Origin: Bacilli bacterium
GTDB lineage: Bacteria > Bacillota_I > Bacilli_A > RF39 > UBA660
DNA: 64,000 bases
Assembly: GCA_022795155.1 (NCBI GenBank)
Contig: JAAWGF010000003.1
Span: 13,775-77,774, forward strand
Direction: 5' to 3'
A program made the position numbers and the translations under genes. Below, one piece after another: positions 10,433 to 21,122 of the stretch. Below the pieces are notes generated by a model that saw nothing but the letters and a program-made list of their open reading frames with translations, ran no database searches and was not told the origin of the DNA. How positions within the stretch are numbered: the first letter of the stretch is position 1; each line of letters begins with the position of its first letter.

Positions 10433-11212
10433 TCATCTAGGATAACCAATATACATTGTCCCTTTTGTTTTGATACCACCCATTCCATCTTTACCATACT
10501 TGGTATTTTCTAAAATATTGATTAAATCAATATCTTTGCTGATGTCGGATAAGCTGACACGAGTCGCAATAATGGCAGGATCTAATGCATGAATATTGAT
10601 GCGTTTAGGACTAGAAGCAAAGTTAGCACCAGCTTTAATTAATTCTTCGTAGTCTGATTGACAAGCACCAGCAATAATAATTAATTTTTCATGACTATGT
10701 TCATATTTTCTCGCCTCTTTAATTGAAGCAACAAAATTTTGGCTATTTTTATATGCTGACAAATCATCACGCCCACCTTTTTTTTTATAATAAGCATCAT
10801 GGCCAGTTATAACTAAGATATTAGGATTGTGAAGTTCTAGTAATTCACGAATTTTAAAAGGAACATTTTCTTCATCTTCTCTAACACCGATGGCCATTAA
10901 ATTGTCTTCTTCATAATATTTTAAACATTTATCTAAATATTCATTATCCCCATCAATATGTAATATTTTGCCTGGTAAATAAAAAAATTCGCTTCGATCT
11001 AGATCCAAATTGGGCTTTATACGTTCTAAAAATTCTTGATCTTCTTCAAATTCTTGATCATATATAATTAAGTCATCAACAGGACTATCCGCAATTAGTC
11101 TAACATTAATTCCTTTTAAATAGCAAATATCATTGTCAATTGATATAATTTTAAAAACCATATCATTATTATAGGAATTTCTAGTAACTAAATCTCCTTC
11201 TTTAAAATCCAT
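10433..11212 (-). CDS. yabG: Sporulation-specific protease YabG
   Basis: 259 aa; the N-terminus MDFKEGDLVTRNSYNNDMVFKIISID..VRLIADS matches the YabG family; yabG-veg adjacency as in Bacillus. Confidence 0.8.
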   Translation of the reverse strand: MDFKEGDLVTRNSYNNDMVFKIISIDNDICYLKGINVRLIADSPVDDLIIYDQEFEEDQEFLERIKPNLDLDRSEFFYLPGKILHIDGDNEYLDKCLKYYEEDNLMAIGVREDEENVPFKIRELLELHNPNILVITGHDAYYKKKGGRDDLSAYKNSQNFVASIKEARKYEHSHEKLIIIAGACQSDYEELIKAGANFASSPKRINIHALDPAIIATRVSLSDISKDIDLINILENTKYGKDGMGGIKTKGTMYIGYPR

Positions 11213-11303
11213 ATTTTATCACCAATATAATTTATGTCATATAAAATATGTTTATGATAAAAAAACCTTTAAGGTTCCTTAAAGATTTCTTTTTAATAAA
11301 TTA

Positions 11304-12104
11304 TTATTTATTAGATTTAGCGAATTTTACACCTAATCCTGCTATTCCTGCTAAACAAATTGCACCAATTACAATATACAATTGTGAACTTACATCAGCT
11401 GTTTTTGGGTTTTCAATAGTTGTAGTTTCTGTTGGCTGTGTTGGTTCAGTAGGATTTGTTGGCTTAGTTGGTTCTGGTGGAACTTCTCCTTTACAAGTAA
11501 TCAGCATATAGTATGTAGTTCCAGTTGCATTGAATTCACTAGTTTGTAAAGTTGCAAATTGATTAGTAAAATAATCAGTCGATAAATTCTTACCTGAGCT
11601 TGTCACGTTATTAGAAGTAATAATTGACTCAATTGAACTACGGTCTTTTATTTCATACAATCTTGTATAACTAGCACTACTAGATTGAATTTTATGCGCA
11701 TATGTTTGAATTTCACCATCTATAACTTTAATTCTAAGTAGATAAATTGATTGTCCATTATCATATCCCATATTGAAATTTTTTGGAATATTAATATACA
11801 TAGTTGCAGAATCTGTTTTTGAATCCCATGTTTGTCCATCTTTAACTTTAAATTCTAATGGAACGACATCAACAATTTGTGAAGTCAAGCTATCTCTATA
11901 AAAATGTGCGATTGCTTGTTTAAAAATGTCTTGTTCTCCATTAGCAATACTCATGTCTAGTTTCCCATTGCCACCAGTCATATAGTATTCATAATATTGA
12001 TTATCAAATCTTATGGTGTAGTCCTCAGCATTTGCTGTTCCCATACCAAATATACCAACTACTGTAAACAAAAATGCAAATAATATTTTTCCTATTTTTT
12101 TCAT
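11304..12104 (-). CDS. Cell-wall-anchored surface protein (sortase substrate, NPKTA sorting signal)
   Basis: Start chosen at ATG 12104 (MKKIGKILFAFLFTVVGIFGMGTANA signal peptide, RBS AGGAGAG). C-terminus: PT-rich stalk (PTKPTNPTEPTQPTETTT), NPKTAD, hydrophobic TM, KFAKSNK tail. Confidence 0.7.
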   Translation of the reverse strand: MKKIGKILFAFLFTVVGIFGMGTANAEDYTIRFDNQYYEYYMTGGNGKLDMSIANGEQDIFKQAIAHFYRDSLTSQIVDVVPLEFKVKDGQTWDSKTDSATMYINIPKNFNMGYDNGQSIYLLRIKVIDGEIQTYAHKIQSSSASYTRLYEIKDRSSIESIITSNNVTSSGKNLSTDYFTNQFATLQTSEFNATGTTYYMLITCKGEVPPEPTKPTNPTEPTQPTETTTIENPKTADVSSQLYIVIGAICLAGIAGLGVKFAKSNK

Positions 12105-12272
12105 TTCTATCTCTCCTATCTTTAAGCAAATTATATCAACTATTTTTAATATGGTCAATAATAATGAACTTCATACCTTTTTATTAGACACAATTTTACA
12201 TTAACGCATTTTTTTATATTTCAGTTAATTGATAATATATAATAACTAGGTTATAATATATATGGTGATACT

Positions 12273-13112
12273 ATGAAAAAACAAACAAAAAAATTTTGGG
12301 TTTCATATATATTATTTACAATTATTTTAAGTTTTTCCCTATATAAAATTACAGCTAAGCAAATTAATTATCGTGAGATTGAAAGTCAAGAAATAGATAT
12401 AAGAAAATTAGCATCTATTATAGAAATAAAAGATATGAATGATAATACAGAAATAATTAATCCACCTGAAGAAAATATTGAACCTGAAGAACCAGATATT
12501 AATATTCCACCAAATGATTACTGGTATTATATAAATATCCCACTTATTAGTGTCGATTTTAATTCTTTGATTGCTAAAAATAATGATACAGTAGCTTGGA
12601 TAGCATTAAATGGCACTAACATTAATTACCCAGTTGTTCAAGCTAGCGATAATGACTATTATCTATATCACGCCTATGACCACTCTGATAATCAAGCTGG
12701 TTGGGTATTTATGGATTATCGTAATGATCCAATAGAATTTAGTAAAAATACGGTTATTTATGGTCATGGCATGAATAACAATACAATTTTTGGAACACTT
12801 AGATATATCACTGAAAATTGGTGGTATAATAATCCAGATAATCATATTGTTAAATTATCAACACCAAGCGAAAACACATTATGGCAGGTTTTTAGTGTCT
12901 ATACTATTCCTGAAGAAACATACTATATTCAGACAGATTTTACAGATAACAATATATATAAAGAATTCTTAAGCAAATTACAAGCTAGAAGTATTTACAA
13001 TTTTAATGCAAGTGTAAATGAAAATGATAAAATAATTACTCTTTCATCTTGTTATAATAATGATTTAAGAGTTGTCTTACACGCTAAATTAATTAAAAGA
13101 GAAAAAAGATAA
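12273..13112 (+). CDS. srtB: Sortase (class B-like)
   Basis: 279 aa; N-terminal membrane anchor, VIYGHGMNNNTIFG (catalytic His region), ITLSSCYN (TLxTC catalytic Cys), conserved Arg near the C-terminus. Divergent from its putative substrate. Confidence 0.85.
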   Translation: MKKQTKKFWVSYILFTIILSFSLYKITAKQINYREIESQEIDIRKLASIIEIKDMNDNTEIINPPEENIEPEEPDINIPPNDYWYYINIPLISVDFNSLIAKNNDTVAWIALNGTNINYPVVQASDNDYYLYHAYDHSDNQAGWVFMDYRNDPIEFSKNTVIYGHGMNNNTIFGTLRYITENWWYNNPDNHIVKLSTPSENTLWQVFSVYTIPEETYYIQTDFTDNNIYKEFLSKLQARSIYNFNASVNENDKIITLSSCYNNDLRVVLHAKLIKREKR

Positions 13113-13132
13113 AACATAATTTTTATCTTTTT

Positions 13133-13873
13133 TTACATTGTAGTTACAAATACTATTAATAAAACAATAGCTACTACAAGAATTATAATTCCCATTATTT
13201 TAAGATATAAAATGGCAAATCTATATAGAAGACTTTTTTCAGCCTTTTCACTAAAATAATAATTTCCTCGATATTTTTTTATAATTTGCTGCATTTTTAA
13301 TTGTTTGAATAATCTAAGATCGTTATTAATTTCTCCCAAAATATTTTCTTTACTAGTTGCATTAAATTTATCCATAGCGTGATATTTCATAAAAGCTTGT
13401 TTGACCATTTCAATATTATTTTGATTATTAGCAATATTATTTGCTTGCACTGATACATAATTTGGATCAACTTCTTGTTTTAATTTTGATATAACACCAC
13501 TTATTCCTAGTAATGTAAAGAAAACTGATATAACTAAATCATGTATAATAGCGTCTCTAAATTCTAGATTGTTATAGATAAATTCTAAATTATTCCAACT
13601 AACAATAAAACCATTTTGATGTAATAAACATAAAGGGATAATAATTAAAGTTGTAGCTACAATAACAATTAAACTTACAATTACAATGATAATTGGTGTT
13701 TTCTTATCAACAATGCCACCAAATTTTTTATATCCTAATAATGCTCCAAAAGCTATAAAAGCCGCTAAAATTGAAAATAACATTTTTCCATATACATATA
13801 GAAGAATCCATGGGATTGTAAATAAAAATCCCCCCAATAATGCTCCAATAATTCCTAAAATTCTCTTACTCAT
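13133..13873 (-). CDS. Hypothetical polytopic membrane protein
   Basis: 246 aa with several hydrophobic helices; no recognisable family. Confidence 0.4.
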   Translation of the reverse strand: MSKRILGIIGALLGGFLFTIPWILLYVYGKMLFSILAAFIAFGALLGYKKFGGIVDKKTPIIIVIVSLIVIVATTLIIIPLCLLHQNGFIVSWNNLEFIYNNLEFRDAIIHDLVISVFFTLLGISGVISKLKQEVDPNYVSVQANNIANNQNNIEMVKQAFMKYHAMDKFNATSKENILGEINNDLRLFKQLKMQQIIKKYRGNYYFSEKAEKSLLYRFAILYLKIMGIIILVVAIVLLIVFVTTM

Positions 13874-13885
13874 AATTTACCTCCA

Positions 13886-14785
13886 CTATATTTTTAAATG
13901 CTTTTTAACAGCACGCCAGCTACCAAACATACCAACAATCATACCAATTGCTACTAAAGCAATTGCGACAAAATAAATAAAAGGTTCTGGCTTTATTAAT
14001 TGAATTATTTGTGTAAATAGCTTGCCACCAAATTTATTATATATAGCAACATAGCCATAAATAGTTATGATAACTGGTAAAATTGAACCAATAATCCCTA
14101 AAACTAAACCCTCTAAGATAAAAGGAATTTTTATATTTATATTAGATGCGCCAACTAATCGCATAATTTCGATTTCTCTACGACGCGAGAAAATAGTAAT
14201 TTTTATTGTATTAGATATTAAGAAAGCTGTAACTAAAATTAGAGCAACAACAACTATTAAACTAACATTTTTAATAGAATCAAAAACCGATACTAATTGT
14301 TCAACCATACCCTCTCCATACTTAACAACATCGACATGTTCAATATCTTTTATTTGATTAGCAATATCGCCAATTTTATCAATGTCAATAACCTTAACTT
14401 GGAAAGTAGCTTGAAGAGGATTTTCGTCTTCAGTCCATTCTGACATAATTGATCCAAAAATATCAGATGAATCCATCATTTCTTCAGTTATATCCGATTT
14501 AGAACGATATATATAGTTTTCAATATTATCAAGTTTTTTTATTTCTTCTTCAACCTTTTTTGTTTCCTCTTCAGTTATATCAACATCAAGGAAAGCAACA
14601 ATTGTAACATCCTTCTCCACTAAAGTAGCGAAGTTATTTACATTATATGTTAAAATAATCGCAACTGCTACAACAATTAAAGTAATGGCTATACATGAAA
14701 TAGATGCTAAAGAGAGAGAAAAGTTTCTAAATACACTCTTAAACGAGTCACGTATATTTCTGCTTAAAATTCTAAATGCCTTCAT
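13886..14785 (-). CDS. ftsX: Cell division ABC transporter permease FtsX
   Basis: 299 aa; four TM helices with a large extracellular loop; REIEIMRLVGAS motif; overlaps ftsE. Confidence 0.9.
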   Translation of the reverse strand: MKAFRILSRNIRDSFKSVFRNFSLSLASISCIAITLIVVAVAIILTYNVNNFATLVEKDVTIVAFLDVDITEEETKKVEEEIKKLDNIENYIYRSKSDITEEMMDSSDIFGSIMSEWTEDENPLQATFQVKVIDIDKIGDIANQIKDIEHVDVVKYGEGMVEQLVSVFDSIKNVSLIVVVALILVTAFLISNTIKITIFSRRREIEIMRLVGASNINIKIPFILEGLVLGIIGSILPVIITIYGYVAIYNKFGGKLFTQIIQLIKPEPFIYFVAIALVAIGMIVGMFGSWRAVKKHLKI

Positions 14786-15467
14786 GTGTATAAGTTCCTT
14801 TCTCGTAATCTTTCAAAATTCTTCCTGCATCTAATAAAATAACTCTCTTTTTCATTATTGATACAATATTAGTATCATGCGTAACCATAATTATTGTTGT
14901 ACCTAATTTATTAATTTCCTCAAGAACTTTCATAATTTCCATGCTCGTTGTTTCATCAAGATTTCCAGTTGGTTCATCACAAATTAATAATTTTGGTCCA
15001 TTAACAATAGCTCTAGCTATAGCTACTCTTTGTTGCTCTCCACCTGACAATTCAGTTGGATAATGCTTAGCTTTGTTTTTTAATCCAACTAAATCTAGAA
15101 CCTTTAAAACTTTTTCATGTATTTCCCCTTTTGGAAGCCCAAAAACTTCTAAAGCAAAGGCTACATTTTCATAAACAGTTAATTTTGAAAGTAACTTAAA
15201 GTCTTGAAAAACAACTCCTAATTTTCTTCTAAGTTTATATACTTTACCATTACGCAATTTAGCAACATCTAATCCACCAACAATAATTTTTCCACTAGTC
15301 GGTTTTTCTTCACGATATAGCATTTTAATTAAGGTTGATTTTCCACAACCTGTTGAACCAATGATGAAAACAAAATCACCCTTTTCAATTGTTAAATCTA
15401 AATCATAAATGGCTGTAACACCATTTTTATATTGCTTATTAACGCCTTTCATTCTTATTAGATTCAT
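14772..15467 (-). CDS. ftsE: Cell division ATP-binding protein FtsE
   Basis: Walker A GSTGCGKST, ABC signature LSGGEQQR, Walker B LLICDEPT. Confidence 0.95.
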   Translation of the reverse strand: MNLIRMKGVNKQYKNGVTAIYDLDLTIEKGDFVFIIGSTGCGKSTLIKMLYREEKPTSGKIIVGGLDVAKLRNGKVYKLRRKLGVVFQDFKLLSKLTVYENVAFALEVFGLPKGEIHEKVLKVLDLVGLKNKAKHYPTELSGGEQQRVAIARAIVNGPKLLICDEPTGNLDETTSMEIMKVLEEINKLGTTIIMVTHDTNIVSIMKKRVILLDAGRILKDYEKGTYTHEGI

Positions 15468-15484
15468 ACAACACCTCTATTCTT

Positions 15485-16360
15485 CTAAATTCCACCAGAC
15501 ACTTCATAAGCATCTGTGACAATGAAAAATGCCTCTTTATCAATTTGGTAAATGCCTTCTTTTACCATAAAATATTCCTTGGTTGGAATAATACACATAA
15601 TTATCTTTTGATTATTACCTGTATAACCACCTCGACCGTCTAATACTGTAATCCCATGCTTTAAAGTATTAGTAATATATCTTTTAACCTCTGTTTCATG
15701 TTCTGTAATAATATAAAAAGCTTTTGATTGAGAAATACCTAGTATAACTTTATCAGTCATGATACTTATAATATAAAGTGAAATAAGTGAATACATCAAC
15801 TTTGTCCAACCAAAAACAAATACACTACTAGCAATAATTAGACCATCTGTAAAAAACATTGATGTACCTAATGACATTTTAAAATATTTGGAAACAATTT
15901 GATTTAAAATATCAGTTCCACCAGTTGTAAATCCAGACTTAAAAATTAGTCCTAAACCAAAACCAGCAATAACAGCTCCAAAGATAACAATAATAATAGG
16001 ATCAGCATCGCTTAAATTTACGTATCTAGGTATCCATTCTGTTAAACTAACAAAAACAGGATATAATAAAGAACCAATAATCGAATTTTTAGTTTTTTCA
16101 ATACCTAATAATAGGAAACTTAAAATTAATAATAAAATTGAACCAATTAAAATTACAACTGATGGGCTCCAATTAAAAATTTGTTTAAACATAACACCCA
16201 ACCCGCCAACGCCATATACAACTGAACTTGGTATCATAAATAAATTATACGAAAGGGCAGTAATAATCATTCCTAAAATAAACTGAGTATAGCGTTTTAA
16301 ACGACCACGTTCATATATTTTTTTTAATATATTCTCTTCATTCTTTCTTTTAAAAAACAT
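15485..16360 (-). CDS. YitT-family membrane protein (DUF161 + DUF2179)
   Basis: 291 aa; TM core with GGTDIL-like motif and a C-terminal soluble DUF2179-like domain. Confidence 0.7.
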   Translation of the reverse strand: MFFKRKNEENILKKIYERGRLKRYTQFILGMIITALSYNLFMIPSSVVYGVGGLGVMFKQIFNWSPSVVILIGSILLLILSFLLLGIEKTKNSIIGSLLYPVFVSLTEWIPRYVNLSDADPIIIVIFGAVIAGFGLGLIFKSGFTTGGTDILNQIVSKYFKMSLGTSMFFTDGLIIASSVFVFGWTKLMYSLISLYIISIMTDKVILGISQSKAFYIITEHETEVKRYITNTLKHGITVLDGRGGYTGNNQKIIMCIIPTKEYFMVKEGIYQIDKEAFFIVTDAYEVSGGI

Positions 16361-16361
16361 T

Positions 16362-17463
16362 CTAAATTCTCCTCTTTAAATTAGCTGTTATAAAAATATC
16401 GATATCACCATCTAAAACTTTTGAAACATTACTTGTTTCTACATTTGTTCGGTGATCTTTAACCATAGAATATGGATGCATAATATAACTACGAATTTGT
16501 GAACCAAAATTTATATCTTTTAAATCGCCCTTCAATTCGCGCAAATCTTTTTCTCTTTTCTCAATTTCTAATTGATATAATTTACTTTTTAGAATTTCTA
16601 AGGCCTTTTCTTTGTTTTGAATTTGACTTCTCTCATTTTGAACAGTTACAACAATTTTAGTTGGTAAATGTGTTATTCGAACAGCCGAATCAGTTGTATT
16701 AACACCTTGACCACCACAGCCACTTGAACGATATACATCAATACGAAGATCAACATCATTAAGCTCTATAGTAATATCTTTATTTTCAAATAATGGTGTT
16801 ATATCAACTGAAGCAAATGAAGTATGACGTCTAGAATTAGAGTCAAATGGTGAAATCCTAATTAGCCGATGAACACCTTTTTCATTTTTTAAATATCCAT
16901 AGCTATTAATACCATGAATTAATAATACAGAACTTTTAATACCAGTTTCTTCGCCAGATTGTTCATCAACTAATTCATATTTATAGCCCTTTAAATCACA
17001 CCATCTAAGATACATTCTTTTTAACATTAAAGCCCAGTCACAAGCCTCCGTTCCACCTGCACCACTATGAATTTCAATCATCGCATCTCCATGGTCATAA
17101 GGGCCATCTAATAGCAAATCTACCTCTAAATGGGTTAAATCTTGACCAAGTTTTTCTTGCTGCGTATTTAAAATCTCAATCAGTTCTAAATCGGGCTCTA
17201 ATTTCAGTAGTTCTAATGTCTCAATATCATTTTCAATATTTTGTTTGTATTGTTCAATATCATTTAATTGCTTCCTTAAATAATTAAGTTCACTAATTAC
17301 TTTTTCACTACTTGCTCTATCACTCCAAAAATCACTTGCTTCCATTTCTTTTTCTAATTCTAAAATTCTTTTTCTTTTTTTATCAGGTTCAAAGTGACCT
17401 CCATAAATCTTTTATTCGTATTAAATAGTTATTATAAACATTAACTAATTCATTTATTTCCAT
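16362..17463 (-). CDS. prfB: Peptide chain release factor 2, expressed via programmed +1 ribosomal frameshift
   Basis: Track ORF (327 aa, 16362..17345) lacks the RF2 N-terminus. Upstream ATG at 17463 (RBS GGAGGATAG) opens a 25-codon ORF (MEINELVNVYNNYLIRIKDLWRSL) ending at CTT TGA (minus 17394..17389). This is preceded by an internal SD GGAGG 3 nt upstream, as in the E. coli prfB shift site. The +1 frame continues EPDKKRKRILELEKEMEASDFW into the annotated ORF. SPF and GGQ motifs are present. Confidence 0.93.
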
Positions 17464-17546
17464 AACTATCCTCCAATCTTTAATTATTATACCATTTATA
17501 AATAAATAAGTAAATTAACTAAGAAAAAAAGATAAATATTATCTTT

Positions 17547-19124
17547 TTAATCAACCCACTTAACTGTTTGTTTTTCTAAATTGTAATATTCTAAATACCA
17601 TGGTTCAACATAAGAAAATTCCTCTGGCATATGAAAAGCATATTGAGAATATTTTAATTTTTTTAAATAAATATCAATTACAAAAGTTCGATCAGTATTA
17701 TTGATAATATCTAAATTATAATCGAAAATCTTCGAATTTTCATAATAATAATAAATACATTTTGAAAAATTGAAAATATTAAATAAAATTAGTATTCCAA
17801 TTAAACTATATTTTAAATAAGACATCTGGTTATTACAAAATTTATTAATGATAATCAAGGCAATAAACATAGTAAGTCCTAATATCCAGTGTACACATAA
17901 ACAAAATATTAATAAAATAAACATTTTTAATTTATTATCACCATTATAATAACTATAATATATATATATTAAAAAAACAACAAGTAATGGAAAAAAGAAC
18001 CTATATGCAGTATATTCAATTAAAACAATTGATGTTAAATTGGCAATAATTCCACCTAAAAGTAAATATCCCAATTCTTTATTATGTGTTTTAACGCCAA
18101 GACAAGCATAAATATTAATAAATAGATAGATAAAAAACATTATATACATTATTAAAGATAAATGATTAAAATCAATAAAATGATAAATAGACATATTTAT
18201 AAATATAATGGAATTTATGATAATTAGATATATACTAGCAATTTTATTAATTTTGTTTTTCGTTTGTAAAAGATAATATGCCAAAATAAATGAAACAATA
18301 AACAGAATAGGAGTAAAACTAGAAGAAAATAAGTAACCAAAATAGTCTGGTAGTTTTATAATAAATTTTTCGATAATATTGGCTTCAAAAAAGAACGTCT
18401 CTTGCTTTGATAAACGATTAAGATTTCCAGGGATAAAGTAGCTACTAGCAAGCATTATTAAGGAAAAAGCAAAGAAAATTAACATTTTTTTATTAATATC
18501 CTTTTTTAAAACGTTATTAATGTTAATCATAAATAAAAATACGACAATTAATACAGTTGTGCTTTCCATCGTAAAATTAATAATAGTGAAAAATAATAAA
18601 CTTAGAATAAATCGCAAGATGGAGTAATGTTTATTATTAATATAATAATCTAAAATAAAGTATATAATTAGCAACATTGGTATATAAGCCCATAAATATA
18701 AAATAGTTCCATCGGCCCAATATAAAAGTTCATTAAGCATACTTATATTTAAACCTAATATAGTTAGTGTAATAAAAAAAGTTATTTGTAAAGTGTTATA
18801 TTGTTTTTTAATATTAATTATTTTGGCAACATAAAAGCAAAATAAAAATAAAAATAGAGGATTTAAAATTCTAAAAAATTGAATTCCAAATAAATAGAGA
18901 CCACTAGTAACAACTGCGTGTCCAATTAAACGTCCTGACCAGTTTTTAAAATAAAATATATAAAGATACTCTAACAGATTATTACTTCTTCTTAAAAGAG
19001 CAACAATATTGTAATCATCAGCATACATCTGAACATTTTGCATTTGAATAAAAAATAATAAATAAACAATTATTAATAAAATTGGATATTTATATTTTTT
19101 AACGAAATCGATTGTTTTTTTCAA
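17547..19124 (-). CDS. Hypothetical large polytopic membrane protein (possibly a GT-C-like glycosyltransferase or membrane-assembly protein)
   Basis: 525 aa with more than 10 predicted TM helices; no clear motif. Confidence 0.4.
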   Translation of the reverse strand: MKKTIDFVKKYKYPILLIIVYLLFFIQMQNVQMYADDYNIVALLRRSNNLLEYLYIFYFKNWSGRLIGHAVVTSGLYLFGIQFFRILNPLFLFLFCFYVAKIINIKKQYNTLQITFFITLTILGLNISMLNELLYWADGTILYLWAYIPMLLIIYFILDYYINNKHYSILRFILSLLFFTIINFTMESTTVLIVVFLFMININNVLKKDINKKMLIFFAFSLIMLASSYFIPGNLNRLSKQETFFFEANIIEKFIIKLPDYFGYLFSSSFTPILFIVSFILAYYLLQTKNKINKIASIYLIIINSIIFINMSIYHFIDFNHLSLIMYIMFFIYLFINIYACLGVKTHNKELGYLLLGGIIANLTSIVLIEYTAYRFFFPLLVVFLIYIYYSYYNGDNKLKMFILLIFCLCVHWILGLTMFIALIIINKFCNNQMSYLKYSLIGILILFNIFNFSKCIYYYYENSKIFDYNLDIINNTDRTFVIDIYLKKLKYSQYAFHMPEEFSYVEPWYLEYYNLEKQTVKWVD

Positions 19125-19407
19125 TGTTTTTATCTAACTTTCTTAATATAAAATAGCGACATTCATAAGCACAATGTTCTTTTATATAGTCTTGATGATG
19201 CGAAAAATCGTTGATTTTATTACAATTTTTACTTTCACTTTTATAAAATCCTTTTAAACGTAATTTACCATAAGCCCAATCACCAATAATATAATCATAA
19301 TCATAAAAATAATCAGTATATTTATTTTTGGTTTCTTCGTAATCAAAACCATCTTTATAGTTTTCTAGTAACTCATATTCTATATTTTCCAACACATATT
19401 TTTTCAT
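19099..19407 (-). CDS. YutD-family protein (DUF1027)
   Basis: 102 aa; YDYIIGDWAYGKLRLKGFY matches the B. subtilis YutD core YDYIVGDWGYGQLRLKGF; C-terminal CAYECRYFIL. Confidence 0.55.
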   Translation of the reverse strand: MKKYVLENIEYELLENYKDGFDYEETKNKYTDYFYDYDYIIGDWAYGKLRLKGFYKSESKNCNKINDFSHHQDYIKEHCAYECRYFILRKLDKNIEKNNRFR

Positions 19408-19409
19408 AT

Positions 19410-21101
19410 CTAATACTCCTTTTGAAAAGATGGGGCAATATATTTATATTTTACCAAACTTGAACCAGAATTCCAAGTCATATAACCACCTTTTAAGTCA
19501 GCATCATATAAACCTTGAATTTGATCAGATATTTTGGATGAATCATAAACAATATATGGGCTTTTAATTGTATCATAAGCTTGTACCCACGTTCTAACAA
19601 TTGCTGGAGTTGGTATTTCTTTTTGACGGTTTGCTGCATAGGTTCCCCAAGTATACATAAGTTTATAAGGAACTGTCCAAACAACTTCAGAAATACCGAA
19701 ATCATGAGCATTAAAGTGATCTGGATATGGCATCGCACTAATGACATCAACAACATTGGATATGCTTGGCCAATATTGACCATAAGCAGCTACATAAGTA
19801 TAAGCTGATTCCCCAAAAACATCTGCAGATACATAAGCACCAACAGAGTGAATTTCGTCACAAGCATACATTAAAAAGCGTTGAATAGCTTGAGCTTTTT
19901 CTTCACCATAATCATTTCGCATATTCATTGTTCCATTTTCTTCTAACTTATAAGTACGATCTGGAAAACGTACATAATCAAATTGAATTTCATTAAAACC
20001 CATTTCGGTTACAGCTTCTTTAGCTAATTTGACATTAAATTCCCAAACTTTACGTTGATATGCACTTGGCCAATAAGAACCGTTATGTGAAAATAAGGCC
20101 CCATTGCCACTATTAACAATCGCATATTCAGGATGATCTTGGGCAAAATATTGATCTTTAAAAACAGTGATTCGCCCAATTACATAGAAACCATTATCTT
20201 TTAATTTTTTTATAATTGCTTGATAATTTCCAAAAGAATTAATCGCATGACTATAATTAGTCGGAGATAGCTCCTCCATAACTTTTGATGCATAAGAAGG
20301 AGAGCCGCTATCTTTTATATCCACTACAAAAGCATTTATATTGCTTTGTTTGGCCAAGGCGATATACTCATCAACATTCCCTAAAACGCCACCATTTAAA
20401 TATAGACTTCTAACCTCGCTAGGCATAATATTATTATCGAACACAGGTTTTTGATAAGGGAAATAATCCAAATTACCACCTGATCCACCACCATATATAT
20501 CAGTCCTTTTTAAATGAATTTGATAATTACCATCTTGATCATAATTTTGCTTAGCTTCATCTAATGTATTAACAGTATATTTTTGATAGATATAACCTTC
20601 TATATCATTATATTTTATTTTATATTTTGATACATTACCATCACTTAAAATTTTATCAAATCCTATAATTTCTACTTTTTCCCCTTTTTTAACGATTCCT
20701 AAAAGATCAACATTTTCACTATCTTTATAAATAGAAGCCGGAGTTCGAACAAAACGTTCAGTTTCTAAAACAGTATTTTGTAGTTCATCAACTAAATCAT
20801 TTTTTAAAATTAAATATTCCTTTTCATCATAACTAATTTTGATATAAGTATTATTATCTTCTTCATTATTTTCATTAGTCAAATCTTTTTCAAAAACTTT
20901 AACCTTTGTTCCTCTAGCAATTTTTTCCGTCTCATTATATTCTAAATCAAATAATTGAACAGATAATTCACTACTAGCAATATACATATCCTTTTCAACT
21001 ATTTTCTTAGGAATTACTTTTTTAAAAAATATATTTTTCATAATAAAAAATAAGCTTACTACGACTAAAATTGTTACAATAAATATTATTACTTTTTTCA
21101 T
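19410..21101 (-). CDS. Membrane-anchored putative glycoside hydrolase (YngK/DUF4015-type TIM barrel) with N-terminal SH3-like repeats
   Basis: 563 aa; N-terminal TM; FNEIQFDYVRFPD motif typical of GHL/DUF4015 putative glycosidases. Confidence 0.45.
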   Translation of the reverse strand: MKKVIIFIVTILVVVSLFFIMKNIFFKKVIPKKIVEKDMYIASSELSVQLFDLEYNETEKIARGTKVKVFEKDLTNENNEEDNNTYIKISYDEKEYLILKNDLVDELQNTVLETERFVRTPASIYKDSENVDLLGIVKKGEKVEIIGFDKILSDGNVSKYKIKYNDIEGYIYQKYTVNTLDEAKQNYDQDGNYQIHLKRTDIYGGGSGGNLDYFPYQKPVFDNNIMPSEVRSLYLNGGVLGNVDEYIALAKQSNINAFVVDIKDSGSPSYASKVMEELSPTNYSHAINSFGNYQAIIKKLKDNGFYVIGRITVFKDQYFAQDHPEYAIVNSGNGALFSHNGSYWPSAYQRKVWEFNVKLAKEAVTEMGFNEIQFDYVRFPDRTYKLEENGTMNMRNDYGEEKAQAIQRFLMYACDEIHSVGAYVSADVFGESAYTYVAAYGQYWPSISNVVDVISAMPYPDHFNAHDFGISEVVWTVPYKLMYTWGTYAANRQKEIPTPAIVRTWVQAYDTIKSPYIVYDSSKISDQIQGLYDADLKGGYMTWNSGSSLVKYKYIAPSFQKEY

Positions 21102-21122
21102 AAAACACCACTCTACTTCTTT

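Noticed and set aside
10411-10497. ATG start at 10497 for veg, overlapping yabG by 65 nt
   Set aside because: A GTG at 10410 with an upstream GAGGAGG gives a Veg-length protein aligned with B. subtilis Veg and removes the overlap.
11248-11511. 87-aa plus-strand ORF
   Set aside because: Overlaps the C-terminal anchor region of the surface-protein gene on the opposite strand; translation is simply hydrophobic antisense.
16362-17345. Treating the 327-aa ORF as complete RF2
   Set aside because: Lacks the RF2 N-terminal about 35 residues. The upstream ORF plus CTT TGA shift site explains it.
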